Assembly (NCBI GenBank): GCA_963924565.1
Contig: OZ004613.1
Span: 4,278,001-4,342,000 of the forward strand
Length of the DNA: 64,000 nt
Direction: 5' to 3'
DNA from: Ascidiella aspersa
Taxonomy: Eukaryota
Shown here: piece after piece, positions 25,525 through 37,778 of the stretch
Position numbering within the stretch: the first letter of the stretch is position 1
Layout of the letters: each line of letters starts with the position of its first letter
The notes under the pieces: model-generated
Databases searched by the model: none
What the model was told of the DNA's origin: nothing
What the model saw: only the letters and a program-made list of their open reading frames with translations
Translations under genes and position numbers: made by a program

Positions 25525-26150
25525 TCGTGCGTGAGGGAAAAACGGGCGACGCACACCACGCAAGAAAACGTCGAATCACTTTTGCGTCTGTTTTTGAATC
25601 AGTTGACAGCGCGGCAGTTGCGGAGGTGGTGGGTGTTTTGACAAGCGACAGAAAATTGGACGTTTGAAAAAACCCAGTATTTATTTGATTTTAAACAGGA
25701 AGAAAATTAAAAAATGTTAGAAAAGTGAAGCTAATTTTTTAAGAAAGTTAAAAAATAGTTTTATAATTTTTATCAGGTGGGATGGCAAAATGGTCAAAAT
25801 GTAAATATGTTTGTTAAATTAAAGAAAATTTAAACACAAATAAAATATTTTTAACAGAAGCAACATTGTAGTTTAAAAATCGATGTTATATTAGAAAATA
25901 AATTTGCGCTTTTTTGGAATTTGTATGTTGCCACTATAAAAGTATGTTTGGCGAGCCTGTTAAAGTCTTTTGGGTGCAAGTAGAACCTCAAAAAACAGAA
26001 CTTTAAAAAAAAAGTTGTGCGTGAGAAAAAAACGAAGACGCACTACACGTGAAAAATCGTCGAATTGCTTGGAAAGTTTTTTAATCAATTGACAGCCCGA
26101 AGTGTCTGAAGGTGGTACACTTTTGACAAGCGAAGAAAAAAATCGAGCGA
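25525..26150 (+). repeat. Diverged direct duplication of a ~135-bp GC-rich module (~25525-25662 and ~26018-26150) upstream of Rx
   Basis: Collinear gcgtgag..aaaa..gacgcac..cacg..cgtcgaat..aatca.ttgacagc..aggtggt..ttttgacaagcga.agaaaa in both copies. Confidence 0.8.
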
Positions 26151-27589
26151 CTAATGTGGATTTTAAAAGTTTTTAATTTTTTTTTACTTTATAAAATTTA
26201 AAACAATTCTGTGTGTGAGTTTGTTGTAAATTTTAGCTCTAAACGCCTAAGCATTATTCTTTAAACATTTTGTTTTCTAAAAGGACCAAAACGGCTTGAT
26301 TTTTAACAGGATAAACTTTTTTATTTTGCGAAATAAGTATGTTGAAAAACAATGATTTTAAACAAATGATCAAAATTAATTGCTGTTTTTTGTGTGTTTT
26401 ACCCAAAAAAACTTGTTTGAATAAAAATAATCGTAATTCAAAGTTAACCCTAAAAATGTTGGAATATAACACGGATCAGCAAGTTTGTGTTTTTTGCGCC
26501 GTGTTTTTGCGCGCCTAATAGAATTTTCCAAGTGCGGGCGATGATGAGCACTTTCGAAAGCTGAAATTACAGGCTTTCCACGAATCGCGAGATATTCCAA
26601 GCGGCGCGCGGTCTTTTGTGCTCGATTGCAACGTTTCAACAATCCATGGACTGATTAATGTCGTCCGGTGCCGACAATAAGACACAATCGCTTGCCCGCG
26701 GCGTTTTTAAGCGAGGAATTACACATAGTTTACTCTTGTAAGCCCCTGTGAGCGGCTAGCGTCAATAAGCTGCCAAAAGACGCAATTACATGCGTTTTTT
26801 GTTTGGTTGCTTTATTTGTGAGTTCAGTGTCGAAGCAAGGTTTTTTAGGTTCGAAGTCTTTTCGTGAGGTCGATTTTGCCAGGAAATTTGTTCAGGAAAA
26901 ACGTATAAGTAAAGGTTTCAAATTTAGGTAATTTATTAAACATGAAGGTGAAACACAATGCAATATTAAGTACTAATATTTTTTACTATCAAATCGTTTC
27001 CACATTTATACCATCTAACTTGTTAATTACGTCAATCGTAGAAAGTATGTATATTGCGAAGAATTCAGAATTACGTCAAGATTTTAGCATTAGCGCGCGA
27101 CGACAATATCTCAAAACTATTTTTTACTCATAATTTTATACTTTGTATTTTATACTTGAGAAAATAGGTTTTGTTCGCACTAGTCATTAATTAATTATTA
27201 AGCGTAAATATAAACGACCAGTGTAATGAAAAATATTACATCTGACAACTATCGCATTTGTATAGTACCAGCTTTAAACCAATCAAGCACATTTTTTACA
27301 TTGTGTTTTTCTAAATTGCCTTAATTGGAGAAACAATGTGTATTATCTAGAATGTCAACGGCTGTGCTAATGATTCGAAACGTTCAAAATGCTCCCTACT
27401 TCTATATGGGCTTTAATATTCTTATTAAGTCTAACTTTACATTGATCGACAAATCTTGTCAGACTTTCCAACGGAAAACCCTTTCAACCTTCCTTTATAG
27501 GATTAGGAATAAACCCGACTGAAAGAAACAGGTTTAGTGTTCAAAGGCTAGAAACCCAGCTAGAAAGCCAACTGCGCCCACAGAGCAAC

Positions 27590-30500
27590 ATGGACCATTG
27601 TGGCGGTGCAGAATCGTCTATGACGTCACAGAACCTTGTCGGACCCGCGCGGCCCGACGTGCCCGGGGTCCCGGCCAACTTGAAGCTCCCTGGCGCCGAT
27701 GCCACCACGACGAACAGCAGTGTTTCAAGTCCACCAGAAGACAACAAAAACAGCATCAAAAGTCTTGCTTTGAAGCTGGAGCAAGATCAACCCACAACTA
27801 ACAACACTGCTGGTAAGCCGCTATATTGTTTGCAATCGTTGCTATAATTTGATAATCTCTTCTTTCGTTAATAAATTGTAAGGATGGGCGCACTATGCAC
27901 GGATCTTTAATGTAGCTTGAATTTCAAAGTCAAAAAGGTCGAGTAAATCGACATTATCTTGATTAAGACGTTTCGATACGAACTTGGATTATCTTTAGCT
28001 AAGTATCGAAACGTCTTAATCAAGATAATGTCGATTTACTCGACGTTTTTGGGATTAAAAAAAAAAAAAAAGAGATTTAAAAAAAACATTTATATTATCC
28101 TCAATGTCAAAATAATCTGCGTATGAAAGGCGAATTTATTTTTCCACACGCCTTTATTCGGTGTGGTAGAGCGATGTTAGTCTAATTAAATCGCTTAGGT
28201 TCCCGCTAATACGTTAGAACAAAAATGGGCTGGTGTGTATTTTTAAAGTGTGAACCATTTAAACAACTTTTTCTTGAATTTGCTGAAACAAAGACTTGTT
28301 AAAAAAAATTGATGCATTAGATATTTGGGCTGATGTGGCTTTTAATTGGGAGCGTACGATGACCTACCGAAGGGGTTTAAAGGATTTTCTTATAAAGTAT
28401 TTACTTTCGCAGAATTAGTGACGTAGATCATGTTGTTTAGAGAACTGTTATAAACAGGAACTATAACCTTTGCTGCTGCTCAATATATAAAGAAGAAGTT
28501 TAGACAATTTGTATCTGCTTGGGATCTACAAAGTCCACCAACAAATACAGCATCCCTAGACTTATATAGGTCTGGAAAATAATTAGGAAATCACCTAAAC
28601 ATAGATTAATAGATCACACATAAACAAAACATATCTTTACTGTTTTAATGTCTTGAACAGAATACGGAGCTGACATGGCACACCGAGAGGGGATTCCCTC
28701 TTACCTGGGATCCGTCGGAAAGGGCCTGGCGCCCTTTGGCCAGCTGCCACCCCCTTTGTTCCGCGATATGCTCAGCAGCTATTTCGAGAAGATGTACGGA
28801 AGTTACAAGCGACCTGCAACCGTTGACGACCAGAACTCGCAGTCTGCGCAAAACCTGGCAGCAGCTATCACACAGCAAGAAGTAAAGCTACACCAAGGAC
28901 ACACTGAAGCTAATTATGAAACTCAAAGCGCCGCAAAATCGCTCCCAAAAGAGTTCGGGCAAAACTACAGCCTCACTGACCCAAGAAATGCCTTTGGAAA
29001 GGTTGGTAGCCAAGCTAACTTAAAGCAAGAAGTTACAGCATTGGAACAAGACGACCCTTCGCCTGCAAGCGCCGACTTTGAGAAAGCTGAAATGAGAAAA
29101 AACTCCGAAGACGGATCCGAATCCGAAGCTAGACGCCACTTTCACAAGCAGTTTATGGCGAAAGAAGAGGCCACGATCCCGAGGTCGCGGGTTCGAGTCC
29201 CGGATGAGGTGTCGCCATTCACTTTGGCAGCTTCAAGCGGTCTTAAGGCGAACGAAGAGAACTTTTTCCTCCCGTACGGATTCCAAGCCCCTCCGGTGAA
29301 AAGCGAAGAAGTTGAAGCGAGCAAGTTGTCGCCAATTGCGCAACCTTTTAAGACTAACAACCAGCAGATGCAAGAAAAGCAGGCTCCGGCTTCGCGGAAG
29401 CGCTCTAGATCTCCCTGTAGCCAACAGGACGCGTCTATAAGTTGGCAAAAGGCAAGACTTGAGTCGGAGTTCAACCACAACCACCAGCAACATCAGGATA
29501 TGGTTTCTCCGCCTGACATTCCAAGCGCTCTCAACCCAGGATTGCTTCTTGCAGTGATGCAACAAAACGAGGCTCTAATGACTGCGCAAGGATTGGATCC
29601 GAGCGCATTGGCAGCTGTAAGGCAGATCTACGCAGCTACTCTGGAGAACAGCACCTCCGCAAACTCCCAGCTCACCAAGTGGATGTTCCCGCCAGCCATG
29701 ATGATGCTGCATCAGCGCACGGAGGCAGAGCGCCCAATCACTCCCAAAGAAAAGTACCTGGATGACAATGAGAGCGCTGGAAGCAGCATCGAAGACCGTG
29801 ATCTCTCCATTGAGGGGGATTCCGGGGACGAAGAACCACCGAGGATGCTGCCGCGTCCCGATGAAGACCGGATGGTTAGATACGGCGAGAGCAGCACTAA
29901 AGTGCTCCAGATGTATAAGTTCCTCCACGATCAGAAGCAGCGAGCATCTACAAAAGAAGACGAAGAGATAGCGGGTTGCGTTTTCCCGAATCCACGACTT
30001 CTTCCCTTTCATAGAAATCAAGCGTGTCACGCCCAGGAGATGAAGAGCGCCTCTTCCTCTGTAGAGAAGGAGCTGCGAATCCTCCTGGAGAGCAGAAAGC
30101 AGCAGAACGCGGAGAGGATCCACCAGATACAGGAGATGAGCTATCAGCAAAATGAAGGACACGGTAAGAGACACAAGTCATTCATGCTCACTTCGATTAT
30201 AGAACTTGAATTTCACATGATTGGCATTTACTGTTTGACTAAGTTGCAAGATGTATGAGCAAAATGTCAACAGGAATACGATGAAATGAAGTCAACTAAC
30301 AAACAGTTCTCATTTATCGGTCGGTTAATATCATATTGTGAAAATTACAAGCATATTAATCCATTAAATATCTAGGCTTTTCTTGGCTTTAACAGGTTTT
30401 TGTATAACGTAATACTTTCTCAGATCAGTGACACATCTCATGCAGTTATTTCGGTCGTGTATACATTTCAGTACGCATTGGAACGTTAACATATATTGCC

Positions 30501-33500
30501 AAACAAAATGGTTGGAATAATTTAATAGCTGTGGCCTAATATTACGAACGTCGAGCAAGGAACGTTGGTTTTCGGCAAATTAAAAAAAAAAAAAAAACTT
30601 CGTCCCATACTTAATTAACCGAACCAGACAATCCAGAAATATAAGAATTCTGTAGTTGACAGGGCATCAGGTTGATGGTATCGATTGGTCAGGAGTCAAT
30701 ACACATTACACATGCTCATCTAAACGTTTATTTTTGTTCTAGGTTCAAACTTGTATCCCGAGGAACTCAAGCCTTACGCAAATGACGGCCATGATATGGC
30801 TTATCGATCTTTTCAAGGTATTGTAAAACAATAGTGTCAGAGCTTTTTATAACTATATTCACTCAAGAATTGCAAAGAATCGAGAGCGCATGGCATCCTT
30901 TAACGTTAAAGTTTAGGTATTGTTTTATTACTCTATCTTTTGAGCGGTTTAATTGGGTTTAATGTTATTCGGCTGATCTCTGGAACTTAAACAAACTCTA
31001 AAAGCACAAATTCACCTAATGAGAGTGTCTTGGTACGCAAGATTAAGCTCCCTGGTCGAAATTGTGAAAACGTAAAGTGACAAGTAAAATTGGGCGACAG
31101 AAGCATATGGTGTAAATAGTGAAAAACTTGGATAATTTTGCAAAACCAACAGTTTTAATTACACGCCAGAAGTAAAAATCAGCAGTTTACCTACCGGGTA
31201 CCACTTATATTTTAAAGTGGGTCGCACTTTCTGTCACTCTTTCAAAACTAAAAAGGGCGCCATTTTTTGTCCAGCAGCTGAAAAATCGCCCACCCTGTCG
31301 GATGAGGGCAAGAAGAAGCTACGAAGGAACCGGACTACGTTCACGACTTTCCAGCTCCACGAACTGGAGCGCGCCTTCGAGAGATCTCACTACCCTGACG
31401 TTTACAGCAGGGAGGAACTGGCTGGCAAGATCAGTCTCCCGGAAGTGCGTGTGCAGGTGAGAAGTTCTTACGTTCATGCTGTATTTCACTCTTTTGATGT
31501 GCTTAATTGATTCATACCTAACGGAACCAATAGAATAAGTTTGGGTACATGTGGGCCATATTCTTTTCGTTGGAGCTTCTTTTTTGCCTAACGAAAACTG
31601 AACAAGCTGATTAAAAGGCCCTCCTGAAACAAAATACGTCGAGACATTTGGTGAAGAAAAGCTTCACTAAGTGATGTTACGACAAATTGTAGGTTCCATG
31701 AAGATGGCGTTTTTACGATTGTTTAACCTAATTACTTATTTATCGCCGTTTTGCTGCGAAACAGGGTAACTTTACAACTTCTGTAGTATGACTGCAATCC
31801 CTGCAATATTCTGCTAATTGTGTTCTGGCATTTAATATGCAGACTGGCATAGTGTCTGTCGATTTTGTTAAGCTAAAAGAATATTGTCTATATGTCGCGG
31901 ACTTTTAAACAAATAAAACACAAAATTTCGTAAGTTTTAAAACTCTGAAAACCATCATTTACGAAAGCAGTGATTAAGATAAAAATTGATTAAAAACTAT
32001 ATTGACGTTTGGTAATTAAATGCTCTACAGACCATGTAATTAACCCCCGATTAGTGGAAAGTCAAGTGGTCGCGCGGCATATTTTCATCAGAATTATGCA
32101 CCAAAGACGTACGTAAACATTCCTTAGTCCTTGGAGTTAATCGGAAACTAAATGTCCTCGAAAAAAATCGCAGATTGAAAGGCTCAATCAAAAACCATGT
32201 TGTGGTGCGCATTAGAATGGGCGATTAAACTAGCAATCGCATTACTGGGTTGTCGTGACATGCAAACCGTACAAATGCACCTCAGCGACCGCGTTCCTCG
32301 CAATTGATTTGATTTAATGCACCCGATTTGGCTTGTAGTACGACTAACTTGCAACAGATGCGACGGTCGTGCAATGTGCATGTTTCGCCTTGATAACTAA
32401 TCTTTATTACTGTAACGCACGCTCTCCTTATATGAACGTGATTGTTGTAATGCTGAATGCTGGTGATCTTAATTTACTGCAAATCGATACAGCGTTTATA
32501 AGCCTGAGGTACAGCTTTTCCGTGTTTAAGGTTTACTATGGATATCTTGTAGGACCAAATAATCATTTAAAAACCCCAATTTTATCAATAAAGTCATTTG
32601 ACTCAATGATTGAAGTCAAATTATTCGTCCAAAAGACTTGATTCAAGTAAACTCACTTTTCCAAAACTAGTTAGGTCAAGTCCGGTCAGTTAAAAACAAT
32701 GCCTTAGTCATTACAACATTGTATATTGCGGCGCAGTTACTAATATTTTCGCGAAGTGGTTTACTGCAATGTGACCATCAGTGATACATAAACAAAGCTC
32801 CTTAACTATGAACAAGGTAGGAAAATATTTGTGGACTAAAAAAGAAGCTTACCTATAGAGAGAAATTGCCATTTTACAATTTGTGTACTGTGTAGCAAGA
32901 CTTAAGCCTTTTATCGAACTGTGGACGATTAACTATGAGATATTTTCTAAGGCTGTATTTTAACCCGTGGCCTAATATTTTCAAGAAGACTCGGACAACT
33001 AAATTTATTTTAGCTTTTTAAAATTAAATTAGAGTTAAATTAGAGCATTTAAGTTTTTCCAAATCAGATTAGAAATAAAATGAAGGCATTTGATTTTTCC
33101 AAATTAGATTAGAATTGCAGATTTCTTGAGAACTAAAAAACTATAGTTTATTCTTAAATTTACATTTAATTAAATTACAATCAATTTAGTTCAAGTTGCA
33201 ATTTATGCTCAGAATAAAATAGAATATTATTCTTATTCCCCGGTTTAAGCTGTTTCTAGGTTATTACATAAAAAAATTTGCTTTGTCATAAAATACCTAG
33301 ACTTTAAAGTTTGAGCTGTAAGTTTTAAAAGCAGCTCTAAATTCTTATCAGCGCGTAAATTATAAGTAATAATGGATTGACATTGTGGAGCTATTATTAG
33401 ATTTCTGCTTCCAATTTTCTAATTCTCTAAAATTTTAACAGTTAATGCCAAAGAAGGACTTGAAAACTATTTTATCTCAAAATATTCGATTCTATCTCAA

Positions 33501-36500
33501 ATAATAAAATAGCCTAGTTTAAAAAGTAAAAAAAAAGCCTAAATTATCATTTTAAATTAACAACCTTATGAAGGACATTGCGACAACAATTAATATCGGT
33601 CTAAAGACAGCGCAGAACAAAAAGTCGCCGAAAATCGTTCAAAAAATGGCCGAAAAAATTTGCGAAAACAATCAGAAGGCGATTTGGTGGCAAAGCGACA
33701 ACACACTTGCCTATCGCCAGATCAAACCCGCCGCTTCCGAAGTTTATTGGAAGCTGTCGTGAAAGAAAAGTAAGCCAAGCGGCTCATGTATACAGCAGGC
33801 GAGGCCAATGTCAAACAGGGATAGGTGATATTGTTGCAGGTCATAATTTGAAATGCATAATTAACGCGGTGGGGTGTTGAGCAAATCAGGGGGCGCCTAC
33901 CCAAGAAAAGGCAAATTTCAGTCGCTATTTCGCGGCGCTGGGGGCCACTTAACGGCGCATTGTTAATTCATAAAGGCACAAGTCGATCATAAACCGTCAC
34001 GGTGTAGGGTTTGAGGTGCACATAATTAAAGCTGCACGCGTTTATTGCTGCCTTTTTAACGCAACACAAACTCCTCAATACGGAATAGCGCGCTATGGGT
34101 TATAATTAATTTAACGCGCGGCTTTGGGCGTTTAACTGTAGCACAAGGGCGGCAATGATTTCATCAGCATCTGGGGCATTTCGCGCCGAGATTAGAGTCG
34201 CAAAATGCCAGCTGTCGTGCAAGCAGGCGCCCGGTTAAGTACTTAACAAGAAGGATTGCGCATTGCGCTTAACAGAGCGTTATGAATTAGTGATTGGCCG
34301 GCTCGTTATATCGACCAGGCGGATCTTGATTCGCCGAGAGATGCCGCCAAATTTCGCGCTGTCCAAACGTCGCAAGCGGCAATTATGTCGCCCGGGACTT
34401 TATACATTTTTCAAAGGCGAAGGGAAATGTACACACTTGCGAAAGGCGGTCGGGCTTGTCAAGATTCCCGGGCGATACCAAGCTCTAATGCTTGTGGGAA
34501 GGGAAAATTGAATTGAAAATTGCTGGAGATTGTTTATTGGATTTGGGTATGGTAGCGTCCTAGTTACCTTAAGTGCATTTTTCTGTAAAAATCATTACAA
34601 ATATATATGGGGAAAATATGAAATATCGCAACCAAAAAATTGGGAGTTGCGCAATTAGACCTCAGGAGTTTTTTTAATTTATAGGCAGAAACTCTTTATG
34701 TATCGTTAGTTTTCACCTGTACGTACACATTTATTTTCTTTTTTTTACAATTTCGAATTGCAAATATACAATAGGTTGCTCTTATAAGGAAGGGAATAAC
34801 CAATAGATCCCTTCTGAAGGTTCGTAAACATTTAAAAAGTGAATGCCAAAATTTTTTTAAACAAGCGAAAAGTATTTATTCGCTTGGTCAGTTTATTCAG
34901 GTGTAGTGTTACGTTACGAGCAACAATCTTTCAGAGAACTGCAGAAAGCGCGTCTCATATAATAGCCTTTTTGGTTTTAAACCATATTTACTGCAAATCC
35001 GTAGAAGTCTTTTTCTTCTTTATCAAGGTCTGGTGTCATTTAAGCTCCGCAAGCAATTTAAACGGAACATTATTGATGGGCGTTTTTCAATGTGTTAGGT
35101 TACGAACCACAATTTTCACAGAACCAAAGATGTCGCGTCACATAGGAACCGTTTTTTCCATACTTGATAAAGTTTTAATGCAATCTTTCTCTTCCTAATT
35201 AAGGTCTGCTTCCAGAATCGACGGGCAAAAAACGTTATTATTAGGATTTTTTTGAATTTTTTTTGTTTTGTTACAAGCAAGAACTTTCACAGTACCGAGG
35301 CTTTCCCATAGGCGCTGTTTCGTTCTTAAACCATATTCAATAAAAATTTAATGCAATCATTACCTACTTCATCAAAGTCTTGTTTAAGTCATTTAAAATT
35401 TGCAAGCAATGAAAACGGACCTGTTATTAATGGGATTATTTTCAATGTGGTAGATTACGAGCAACGAAGGCTTTTTCATGGGAGCTGTTTCTTTCTCAAT
35501 AATTACTGCTAATTTAATGCAATCTTTCTCCAATTTTTTATTAAGGTCTGGTTCCAGAATCGACGCGCAAAATGGCGTCGTCAGGAAAAAGTGGACTCCT
35601 CCAACCACGAGAAGGAATTGGTGCAGTGCAGACAGGCTATGTCACTCGGTGAGTGGTGACGTCATATACGATGACGTGACTTTGCTTAAGGCGCTTGGGT
35701 TTTTATTTTTATGCCAAACTTGTTTAAACGGAAATCAATCGCATTTTGATATTTAATGATTTGGATCAAACCAAAGAAAAAAATCTAATGTAACTAAAGG
35801 GATTCTGCAGTAATTTATAAAGCTTTTATATTACCAGGAAGCAAGCCAAAGCTGATTTTTGTGAAAAATCAACAACGTATAAAAGTCTGTAGTCAGCTTT
35901 TTCAAAGTTCAACATACTTTATACAACAAAATAGTACCAACGAGCTCTCACTGAAAACCCCAAAAGTTTTCCGAAATGTTCTACTGGTGCGAAAAAGGAG
36001 TTTCTTTTTGTCCAAAGGAATACGTTTTCCGGCGTTTTTCTCACACTTGCGCAATTCTTTTATTGAATTTATAACAAATTTATCGAATTCTCGCAGGTCC
36101 ATCAATTTCGACAAAGCTTTCTACGACAAATACAACAGGAGGGCGCCATCCGATCGAAATGCTGCCACATCTGGCATCGCCAAAAAGCGGAAACTCGCCG
36201 TCCGCGTTGTCCGCAGCTTCTCCGCAAAGCAGCACTTCAGCGCAGCATCCGTCTTTTTCCATTCCTTTCCTATCAGGAATGCTGTCAAGCGCTCAGGGCC
36301 ACAGCAGAGCTGAGCAGTTGAAGATGGCGCTTCCCGCGGGCTTAGCGACACCAGGCGGCAGTTATTTATCCAACGGATCGCCACCATACGGCGCTCGCCC
36401 CTTGGACTCGCATTTACCCTTATCGCTGCATTTGCTGGGCGCTTCGACTAGCAACGCACTATCAGCATATTTTAACAAGGACACAATTAACCCAGCTCCG

Positions 36501-36617
36501 CAAAACATGCCTGAAACTGATCAGAGAAGTTCAGTTAATCCGAAATTTGAAGAAACCGCAAAAGCATCTCTTCAATTTCCAACAACTAGCGAAAAGATTT
36601 CGCTGGTTACGCAGTGA
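27590..36617 (+). CDS. Rx: Retinal homeobox protein Rx/Rax, ~868 aa; join(27590..27812,28661..30163,30743..30817,31275..31456,35546..35648,36097..36617)
   Basis: Homeodomain [49 protein letters not shown]|[15 protein letters not shown] is a Q50 PRD-class Rx domain with the classical intron between Q46 and V47. All GT-AG junctions are phase-compatible (2607 nt). AATAAA at ~36786. A likely 5' UTR intron runs from donor 26928 to acceptor 27500. Confidence 0.93.
27931..28051. repeat. Perfect 42-bp inverted repeat (hairpin) with 23-nt loop in Rx intron 1
   Basis: 27938-27979 gtcgagtaaatcgacattatcttgattaagacgtttcgatac is the exact reverse complement of 28003-28044; extended by caaaaa/tttttg after one mismatch. 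Confidence 0.95.
34900..35575 (+). repeat. Four degenerate ~170-185 bp tandem units (A-B-A-B), each ending in a copy of the Rx exon-5 splice acceptor
   Basis: Recurring ttacga.caac-like motif (~34914, 35100, 35271, 35455) and acceptor-like aag-gtctg at 35025, 35201, 35373 (degenerate) and 35543 (the real exon). Confidence 0.85.
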
Positions 36618-37778
36618 CGTTGATTGGTCGTTTGTTATGTAACCCTAACACCATTGTGATTACTGTTTTCAATCGCACGTTTATAATTCCATATAATTTA
36701 TCTGAAATGTGGCGCGAACCTGTCAGCATGCAGTTGTTTTTTATTAGTTAGCCTGTGTCAAAAGTTTTTTTGAGTCTTTAGTTAAAATAAAAGTTTCTGC
36801 ATAAACAGACTAAACTAATTATTAAATTACTTTTTCGAATCATACAGTAGTTGTATAAAAATACCAAATCTCCCACATTAACTTATCATATAGGTTTAGG
36901 GATTTGATGCATCTTGGAATTCATTTTAAGAAGAGATTACTTGGCTTTGGATGAACTTTAAAACGTACGGAACAAACTTTAGTTACGTACTTATTTTGTA
37001 TTAAAGATAAAAGCGGACTTTGTAGGCTTCATGAAAACAAGTTTTGAAATATTGATGAATCTATTTGAAACTTTAACTTAAATCAAGAAGTGAATTAGAA
37101 GCCATTTTTTGTACCCAGCAGAGTAAAAAATTCATTCAAACACCACACAAACGCAAAATTTAAGTAGAAAGTTAATAGTAACTATTACTAGAAAGCCAAC
37201 AAAGACACTTTGTGTTGAATTATTTTTGAAAAATCAATCAATAACAGCATTATATGTAATTTTGATGTCCTTTTTGTATTAAAATGGCAACAAAAATTTT
37301 TTTTCGTAATGTGCAATATCAACGAAACATCCAAGATTTCCAAGATTTCAAAGATCATGTGTAATATAAACGACAGGCCGATATAAACCTCTGGTTTGTT
37401 CAAGGTTATCTAACAGCGGTTATTTTTTAAAAATCCAATAAATCAAGACAAATTTCGCTACTTCTCTTCACCACCATTTCTTTATATTATAGTTTGTAAG
37501 ATGGTTTACAAACCAACTATTTTAGTAAATAATTTATTTGGCTAATATATTTTCAAATTGTATAAGAAATATCTCACTTTCGAACGTATAAGTTGTATGC
37601 AGAAAGTCAAATTCCAAAAAATTGTGTTTGTTGAAAAAGTAACAAAATTGGGGAACCACCACGCTGAGATCATAGTAACGAAAAGCTTGGAAAAAAAATT
37701 AAAAAGCTTAAATTAGGTTTAGCGTTGCTAGTAAGACTTATCGTGTTTAAAACTGTTTAAAATTGGTGAAATAGAGGT

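Noticed and set aside
27960-28020. Possible hammerhead ribozyme (CGAAAC motif), also at ~45062-45100 on the minus strand
   Set aside because: The CUGAUGA catalytic box is not present at the required position in either place.
28675-30258. 527-aa ORF as a standalone gene, and antisense ORFs 29142-30181
   Set aside because: It is Rx exon 2 (acceptor 28660, donor 30164) reading into the intron; the antisense ORFs are shadows.
34839-35198. 119-aa ORF in Rx intron 4
   Set aside because: No ATG start and it lies within the tandem repeat; relevant only as the read-through of decoy acceptor 1.
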